From Aplysia californica (Eukaryota), in contig NW_004797391.1 of assembly GCF_000002075.1 (NCBI RefSeq), positions 923,674 through 984,036 of the forward strand: DNA of 60,363 nucleotides. Reading direction: 5' to 3'. Shown piece after piece: positions 52,853-60,363 of the stretch. Under the pieces are notes generated by a model. It was not told the DNA's origin and did no database searches. It saw nothing but the letters and a program-made list of their open reading frames with translations. Position 1 is the stretch's first letter; the number at the start of each line of letters is the position of its first letter. Both the position numbers and the translations under genes were made by a program.

Positions 52853-55800
52853 CAATGAAAATAATTATGCAAATAAATAAACTTGCTTTGCTGATTTGAT
52901 TTTATGACTTCGAACAAAACATTTTTACAGAGGCCTGTTCTTTGTGGAGCAACAATGCTCAGAAAAAAGAAAACCACCAACATTTCACTGCTCATTTAAA
53001 TGCTGTTTATTGAAGCCTCTTTTTTTTTCTATCCCTCAAGGGTGACTTAAATCAGTAGCAGAATATTATGCTAGGTTTTCTTTGAAATCATGATTGTCTC
53101 TTGTTTTGCTTGGTTTCCATGATACTTCTATCCAGGGGCGAAGCATCTATATAATCAAATAATCACTGCTTCCCTTCCTAATTTTGAAACGTTTTAGCAG
53201 TCAAATTCACCCATAAACGTAAACCTTATAAAGTAAATGTAAAAAGATGTTCATAATCAACAATGAACAGTATGCCTAACATTCAAAACGGTTTCACTGC
53301 CACAGAAATGGCCTGCTCACCCCTCTCGGGCCACTCCATAAGCAGTCACAAGCTTTGATCAAATAAGCTTAAAGTGGGGCTGGAAGAGTCTACCAATAGA
53401 GTTGAAGGGAATACGTGCATAGCAGTCCATACAGTTTCATTGCCACATATACCCTGTTCACCCCTTTCCGGCCACAAATATAATCAGTTGTAAGCCCTGA
53501 TTATGTAAGTGAACTATTACACTGGTCGAGTCTACCTTACAGATGTGAGGGGAACTAACTCCTAATAATCTCTTTACTGCTGCGAGTGCTTGTTTTTTTC
53601 CTCGACTTTGTAACGTCCTATAATCAGATCGTGACCTCAATTATGACACCGGCTCCTGGCCGCGCAAAGCTAGACAAAAAACAGCCAAAAGTGAAATTTT
53701 AAAAAATGATAATTGTCATGTTCTACCAAAGAGTTAGACTCCCTGGTAGATTTATAACATATTATAGATCTAGTACTGACATCTCTGCTTCCTTGCTTTG
53801 GGTTTGTGTATTCACTTCTAAAGTTAAATTTAATTTTAGTTGGAATTGATATTTAATGAGATACTTTCCCGATTATTTTGGTGGTTTAATTCCGGATTTG
53901 TTTTCACTCACACAACTTAAGAGTCCCCTGCCTCGAGTAAGATTCTTGTGTGATTTCTCCAGGCCATAATATCTGGTTCCGTACCGTTTCACTTTGAATA
54001 CCCTGTCAAACAAGTCAGCCTTCGACCCTGCTTCTATCTTTTTTTTTTCTCAATAACTACAAAAACAATTAACAGCCTAGAAAATATTGACAACTTAACA
54101 TTTTCCAAAAAAACCCTCAATATTTTGTTGACCTCTACCATCAATCCACCCACCCCTGATGTTAGAAAAGGCATTCCTTTTAAGTAGCTATCTGGCATTT
54201 CCTGTAGTGAAAATAACATTGGCATGACAACTCCTTCTTGGCCTTAGAATCACAAATGAGACACTGACTCAAAAAACTCACACAAAAAAAACCTTTTGTA
54301 AAAGCAAGTCCTAATAAACATCTCTACCTCGGTTAAGCATCAAGAAATACACACCTATTTAAGACTAGAAAAGCTGATGTATGCAGCATCTTTTTCTGAG
54401 GACAACAGCCATCCATTTAATTACATCATTTTGATTTTGAAAAGACCCATCAAACCACTGTACTTTATCATTTTCTCCAACACATTATAAACACAGTGAT
54501 CTACAAAAGAACAGTCAAGAAGCAAAAAAAGCAGTTTCTCAGACAGAAAGGGTTCCTTTGTAAATTTAAAGGGGTGCAACTCAGATCATATATCTGCTGC
54601 CACAGTTGGCTTCCCTTGTTTATCAGGAAGAGTGATTGTTTTTCAATCAAACGGCAGCGTCCCACATAATAAAGTAAAGCAAGCATACAGGGTTGGGTTG
54701 ATTTAAATCAGGTTGATTTAAATCAGTTGATTTTTAAAAATTTAAATCAACTTGATTTTTAAAATAAAAATCAGTGATTTTAAATCACTTTTAAAAAAAA
54801 TTATTTTTATTCAGTTTTTTAATATTTCAACATTCAGAATTCCTTTCCTAGGTTTCATAAAACAGATATAAGGTTTAGTACACTAATATAATCATGCTTA
54901 AGAGTCTGCTTCCCCCTCCCCCTTTCACTGTAAAATAATACAGTATTCAATTTACTTTTTTTTCCCATAATTGAAATCAGAGTTTGGTTGATTTAAATCA
55001 GTTGATTTTTTTATTTTAATCAACTTGATTTTGTGATTTAAATCACTTTTAAAAAAATGTATTCTGTTTTTACATATTTAAACATTCAGAATTCATTTCC
55101 TTTAACAGATATAAGGTTTAGTAGACTAATATAATCATGCTTAAAAGTCTGCTTTCCCCCCCTGTCACTGTAAAATAATACAGTATTCAATTTTCTTTCT
55201 TTTCATAATTGAAAACCAGGGTTGGGTTGATTTAAATCAGTTGATTTTTTTAATTTATATCAACTTGATTTTAAAATTAAAACTCAGTGATTTAAATCAA
55301 AATCATTTTTAAAAAATGTATTGTTTTTACGTCTTTAAACGTTCAGAATTCCTTTCCTTGGTTTTATAAAACAGATATAAGGTTTAGTAGACTAATATAA
55401 TCATGCTTACAAGTCTGCTTTCCCCCCTGTCACTGTAAGTAGTAAATTAATACAGTATTCAATTTACTTTTTTTTTCATGATTGAAATTAGCATTTTCTT
55501 TTTCTTTTTAGACAAACACAAGCGCGCGCACACACACACACTGTAATAAAATACAAGTTTATCTATGCATAATTACCCCCTCCCCCCCCTTTCCTTTTAG
55601 ACTGACATTTTCTTCATTTGAAGTCTGTAGCCATAATTCACTGATATAGCAGATTAAGGCTTTCTTTTGCAGTTGCTTAAATTAATCATTAGTTAAAATA
55701 AAGACAATGCATTCTGCACTAAAAGAACATACTTTTAGCCACCAAAAATCCCAAACTGTGTCGACATTTAAAAAAAATAATAAAAAATATAAAAAAATCC

Positions 55801-56254
55801 GATTTAAATTTAAAAAATCTGATTAAAATTTTTAAAATCGATTTTTTTGATTTTGATTTAAAAAATCAAAAAAATCACCAACCCTGCAAGCATATATCTG
55901 TAAAACAAAAACTCCAGCTCAACAGCAAGCTCTATCATACTCTATGTGTTTTACAATCTATATGGCTCTTTTCGTCTATGCAGATGGTTAATTTAGCTTA
56001 CAATCTATATATAACAAACCAACAGACCTGATGGCATTCTGAAACAATCTCAACTTACATAATATAACTATTGTTCTCCATCCAGAGAGGTAAATAGGAT
56101 AATGTGATCTTTTTGGGGGCATGATTGTATTTTTCAAGACAGCTAAAAATAGGGAGGATAAAATGATAAAATTTGTGGAAATGTCACCTCTCGCCATCAC
56201 TCAACAAACACGGAAAAGTTGCCACTAACGAAATAGAACATTACCTTTTAACAT
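49735..56254 (-). CDS. Metallophosphoesterase domain-containing protein (MPPED1/2 / UPF0046-like calcineurin-like phosphoesterase), ~349 aa
   Basis: Main exon 52649-51740 carries HISDTH, IHSGDF, VAGNHE, LITHTPPHGILD and HWGC. Last exon 49864-49735 (K|PKLHLFGHVHECNG...FSNAAY...YVS*) supplies GHxH, and phase 2 matches. A candidate first coding micro-exon 56254-56245 (acaccATG TTA AAA G|gtaatg) is in phase 1 with the main exon. That micro-exon is less certain; the alternative start is ATG at 52632. Confidence 0.88.
54688..55886. mobile_element. Non-autonomous hAT element with triplicated left end
   Basis: TIR CAGGGTTGG...CCAACCCTG with a perfect 8-bp TSD CAAGCATA (54680-54687, 55887-55894). Internal ~240-290-bp units start at ~54688, ~54978 and ~55217. 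Confidence 0.9.
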
Positions 56255-56399
56255 GGTGTTTACAGTTCAATTCACTTTTTAATGTCCACTCAGAAAAGAT
56301 AATGTAAGCCACACGTCTTACAGAAACTACTGCAACTTATACTTTTATCACAGTAAATCCGGCAATTTCAATTATTCACTTTTATTATAAGTTCAAAGC

Positions 56400-56890
56400 T
56401 ATTTATTGAAAGTGGCTATTCTCACCCGCCCGGAAGTTCTCGCAAGATCAACTCCTCCCCTCTCTCTCTCTGTCTCTTTCTGAATACTGTCTATCGGTGT
56501 GGACGATCAAATTGACCAAAACAAAGTTAAAAAATGATGTTAAAACACAAAAGTAAATTAATTTGGTTGTCTACAAAGATGCTACGGCTATTTAACTTTT
56601 CGAATCGAGCCGAACTACGCGGGTCGCCATTTTGTTTTGCCCGGAAATTTTCGCGCTACTCCTCTCTCTCCACTGCCCACAGACAAAATTGTACGCTTTT
56701 AGTAGGCTACAGTTGTAATGGAACGTTTGTTCACGGCACAGAATTCTACAATTTTTCTGTTATCACAGTGTAGAATTCTGTGGTTTAGGGTGAACGCAAA
56801 ATTTGGTGAACGCGCACCGGGTGAGAATAGCCACAAGACTCGCCTGCACTATTCTCACTCCGGGTGAGAACTCCGGGTGAGAATAGAGGT
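56400..56890 (-). promoter_or_regulatory. Probable promoter of the metallophosphoesterase gene
   Basis: Locally CpG-richer, with ETS CCGGAAGT (~56430-56437), YY1-type CGCCATTTTG (~56625-56634) and nested short inverted repeats. Lies directly upstream of the candidate first coding exon. Confidence 0.5.
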
Positions 56891-58141
56891 GGCCTTTTAG
56901 TAAATTTATACTCCAATCACTGACCACACTAAACTTGACTTGACAATATGATTCCTATAATATTATAGGCTACATACATTCCCGTTGTGCTGTCTTTAGA
57001 CTGAATGTTTCTTCATTCATATTTCATTGTTATAAATCAGCAAGACGTAACATTCTAAAGGCTACGATTGTAAACGAAGCTTGCTAATTCATCCACAAAA
57101 TATGTCCCTCTTAATCTTTCTTTCTTTTTGTTGACTTCCTGGTTCAGACAAATATCATGAAATCCAAGTGACCAAACTTTATTCCTGAGATAAGTGTGAA
57201 AATCTGACCCCAACAATGGATGGACTGCACTATAGGAATAATATTTATAACATCTTTCGAAACATCCTGAAATGCTTTTTTTCTAAAAAGGAAACATATT
57301 ACCAGACTTTCTATTTCTGGTCGCATGCTTGTATCAGTCGGTGCTCACTCGACGCCATTGTTGTGACAACAGCCTTTCGGGAAAACCTCATCGCTAAAAA
57401 TAGCTCTCGCGTGGCATTAAAATTTGGCAATTTTCTCTATAAATTTCGAAATACCACCCGGGCTATTTGTCATCAATTTTCTGATTGATGCTATTTTTTT
57501 CGTCTTGAATTTAGTTTCATCTTTTATGCCTCTTTCCCTTTTTCTTTTGTGCTAGATCTAGAAATCTAGATTCCATCTTTCAAAATGAATCGTTCTTTGC
57601 AAAGCGAAGTATTATTTTGCCCGTTCATAGACCTATATTGAGACAACTGTAGACAAATTAAATTAGGCCGGCACTATTTCTCCGAACGTTCGGGAAAATA
57701 AAGCTGGACACTAAATCTCCGAAAACTCTGAAATCACATCCTTTCCGCAAATTTCGNNNNNNNNNNNNNNNNNNNNNNNNNNNNNNNNNNNNNNNNNNNN
57801 NNNNNNNNNNNNNNNNNNNNNNNNNNNNNNNNNNNNNNNNNNNNNNNNNNNNNNNNNNNNNNNNNNNNNNNNNNNNNNNNNNNNNNNNNNNNNNNNNNNN
57901 NNNNNNNNNNNNGGGGGGGGGGGGGGGCAGAAAGTGAGGAGGAAAACAGATGACAAAACATATTGAGCTAGGAGGTGAAAAGAGAAAACTTTAGAGAAGA
58001 AAAATGTCTGTCCCAGTCATGTTTCAGACCTATTGAATGAGAGGCAAACACTGTAACTCTAAACTCTATAGACCACGATCAGAGCCCCCCCCCCCAGAAA
58101 AACGTGTATTATTCGCTAGATCTAGTTAAGTTATATTATAG

Positions 58142-58590
58142 CAAGGTTTAACAATGTTTCGTCCTCCAAGGTTTAACAATGTTTCGTCCTCCAAGGTTTA
58201 ACAACAATGTTTCGTCCTCCAAGGTTTAACAATGTTTCGTCCTCCAAGGTTTAACAACAATGTTTCGTCCTCCAAGGTTTAACAATGTTTCGTCCTCCAA
58301 GGTTTAACAACAATGTTTCGTCCTCCAAGGTTTAACAATGTTTCGTCCTCCAAGGTTTAACAATGTTTCGTCCTCCAAGGTTTAACAACAATGTTTCATC
58401 CTCCAAGGTTTAACAATGTTTCGTCCTCCAAGGTTTAACAACAATGTTTCGTCCTCCAAGGTTTAACAACAATGTTTCGTCCTCCAAGGTTTAACAATGT
58501 TTCGTCCTCCAAGGTTTAACAATGTTTCGTCCTCCAAGGTTTAACAACAATGTTTCGTCCTCCAAGGTTTAACAACAATGTTTCGTCCTG
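58142..58590. repeat. Minisatellite, 17 units of 25/28 bp
   Basis: Unit CAAGGTTTAAC(AAC)AATGTTTCGTCCTC: 9 short and 8 long units. Confidence 0.95.
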
Positions 58591-58719
58591 GCATGACGGG
58601 ACGAACAGTAACTAGGCTAATCGACTGCACTGTCGCATGTGTTGTGAAGAATTAGAGGAAGGAATGTGTAGAAGCAAACATTATAATATGTCTATGCTAT
58701 GATAATAAGGCCCAAGGAT

Positions 58720-59055
58720 AGATCTAGATCTAGATCAGGTCCTAGTAGACCCACTAGGCCCGCTACATTAGGCCCTTCTAGACCTAGAATCTAGATCTAG
58801 ATCTAGATCTAGAATCTAGATCTAGTTCTAATCAGGACCTGGACACTGATACTAGATCTAGATCTAGATCTACAATCTATTATCTAATCTAGTTCTGGAT
58901 CTAGATCTACATCTATATCTAGATCTATATCTCTAGGATTCTAGATCTAGGTCTAGAGTCCAGGTATTCTAGATCTAGATCTAGATAGATCTAGATATAT
59001 CTAGATATCTAGTTAGGCCTAGATCTAGATAAGCCTAGATCTAGACTAGATCTAC
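58720..59055. repeat. Degenerate (TAGATC)n palindromic simple-repeat array
   Basis: Many AGATCT/TCTAGA units. Similar clusters at 17660-17770, 18270-18440, ~18775, ~57555 and 60060-60180. Confidence 0.9.
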
Positions 59056-59113
59056 ACATGAGAAAAACGATATTAAATAAGGTTAATGAAAAAGTACATG
59101 TGCAAATTCTTAC

Positions 59114-59245
59114 ATTTCAGGGTCCTTTGGAAAGCTAAAGAATGCTAGGTCTGGTAATTGTGCGATCTTGAATTGGCACGGACGCAGACTGCCGCAAAAC
59201 ACCAGTTACACTTGCGGGTGACTTGCGACTGCCGACAGCCGCCAT
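59114..59245 (-). pseudogene. Frameshifted THAP12/PRKRIR-like THAP zinc-finger first exon
   Basis: One frame reads CNWCFAAVC...NSRS and another reads QLPDLAFFSFPKDPE, followed by a gtaag donor. This resembles the THAP12 N-terminus (NFCAAPNC...DLAFFRFPRDP). The frame opened by ATG 59245 stops after 36 codons. Confidence 0.45.
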
Positions 59246-59490
59246 TAGCTTTGTTTACCGCGCCTCGTTTCACGATCAGCTGGTGACCTGGATACGCGAA
59301 AAGAGGCTTCGTTTCCGCTCTCTATAATTAAATACTCTCTGCTAGAGTCAGAGACACTAAAACTAAAATATAATTAAATACTCTCTGCTAGAGTCCATAC
59401 GAGGTCACGTGACACGGAAACTTTTGAGTTTGTTGGCGGCCATTTTTTAAGTGGCGAAAACGTTTGTTTACATGTGAGTGGGCGTGTCTC
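59246..59490. promoter_or_regulatory. Promoter-like CpG-rich segment
   Basis: GTCACGTGAC E-box palindrome (~59404-59413), YY1-type GGCGGCCATTTT (~59435-59446), and a 27-bp direct repeat TATAATTAAATACTCTCTGCTAGAGTC (59323-59349, 59369-59395). Confidence 0.45.
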
Positions 59491-59599
59491 TGCTCTTACG
59501 TGTTTTAATTGATTCTAACGTTGTGTTTTAATCTAAAGTGATTCTCTTAAAAGTGTAAGCATATGAAACCTCTAGTCCCTTTCTGGATTAACGTCTTAT

Positions 59600-59885
59600 T
59601 GGGTCCAATCGTGTGTTCGTTATATACACAGCTGCTTGGTTTTGGAGCTGTGATTAGAAAGCACAGTTGAGTATGAATTATAATTCTATCATGTACGCAG
59701 ATGATACACAGTTGTACAAATCTGTTCCACCGCCAGATAATAATAATAATAATATATAACATTTATAGAGATGTTAAAACCTTGCCTACCACCATGGGTA
59801 TGTCCATTGATGATGTCAAGAACTGGATGATTGATAATAAGCTCCAGCTTAATGAAAATAATACTGACATTCTTATAAAATATTA
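59600..59885 (+). mobile_element. L2/CR1-type reverse transcriptase fragment
   Basis: LGPIVCSLYT...YADDTQLYKS...IDDVKNWMIDNKLQLNENNTDIL across frameshifts. Confidence 0.75.
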
Positions 59886-59906
59886 TGTAACTCAAAGAAA
59901 AACGGC

Positions 59907-60130
59907 GCTTTTTCGGTAGTTCCCACCCCGCCATTGTTATTCGCGGGTTTTGGCCCCAAGAGTAGGATGGTTTCAAGGGGGCATGCCCCCCTGATTTTGC
60001 TATGATTTGATGTTTTGCAGTTGTTAGGTTTGATACCTTAGCTTGCCGCGCATCAAACGTAGATCTATAGACTATAGACCTAGATGTAGATCTAGGCTCA
60101 AATAAGGAGAGTGGGAACTACCAGAAAAGC
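59907..60130. mobile_element. Small MITE-like inverted-repeat element
   Basis: GCTTTTTCGGTAGTTCCCACCCCGCC ... GGAGAGTGGGAACTACCAGAAAAGC form an imperfect ~25-bp TIR. Confidence 0.5.
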
Positions 60131-60199
60131 CTTATCCACATAGACATCTAGATTCTAGATCTATATCTAGATCTAGATCATGTTAGTACGATGTATAAG

Positions 60200-60227
60200 C
60201 GTGTGCGTGTGATGTGTGTGTGTCTTT

Positions 60228-60306
<79 letters not shown>
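60200..60306. repeat. (TG)n microsatellite
   Basis: Seen directly. Other microsatellites: (TA)n ~11387-11460 and ~52809-52851, (CT)n ~20975-21040 and ~37406-37453. Confidence 0.95.
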
Positions 60307-60309
<3 letters not shown>

Positions 60310-60363
60310 TTGCTCATACATGCATTTATGTAAAGCACCTAGAGCTGTGTTCGTGGGCGCTAT

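Noticed and set aside
58142-58590. CRISPR-like array
   Set aside because: Units are contiguous with no unique spacers, there are no cas genes, and the context is eukaryotic. It is a minisatellite.
162-59976. Most of the short ORFs in the six-frame track
   Set aside because: They are low-complexity, microsatellite-derived, N-gap-spanning, antisense shadows of real exons, or transposon-derived. None has family motifs beyond those reported.

Overview
AT-rich, intron-containing animal genomic DNA from a draft assembly (four N gaps). The (TAGATC)n arrays, MITE/SINE load and RNase H-bearing LINEs suggest a mollusc, probably a gastropod; this is an inference. I assembled three spliced protein-coding genes by hand from GT-AG boundaries and reading-frame phase: (1) mitochondrial malate dehydrogenase MDH2, minus strand, 8 coding exons, 342 aa; (2) the pseudophosphatase STYXL1/MK-STYX, plus strand, 9 coding exons, 298 aa, head-to-head with MDH2 with only 427 bp between the start codons, the arrangement known from human 7q11.23; (3) an MPPED/UPF0046-type metallophosphoesterase, minus strand, probably 3 coding exons, ~349 aa. 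The rest is introns, UTRs and intergenic DNA full of non-autonomous DNA transposons (TTAA/piggyBac-type, hAT, Mutator-like, Tc1/mariner-like), decayed LINEs, SINEs and tandem repeats. The most notable observations are the apparently ancient MDH2-STYXL1 bidirectional pair, an Asp at the STYXL1 catalytic-Cys position, promoter-proximal palindromic TAGATC arrays, Cys/His-rich and Ser-rich insertions in the metallophosphoesterase, and a decayed THAP12-like exon beside a promoter-like stretch. No CRISPR, rRNA or tRNA gene is supported, and I found no clearly new multi-gene system.
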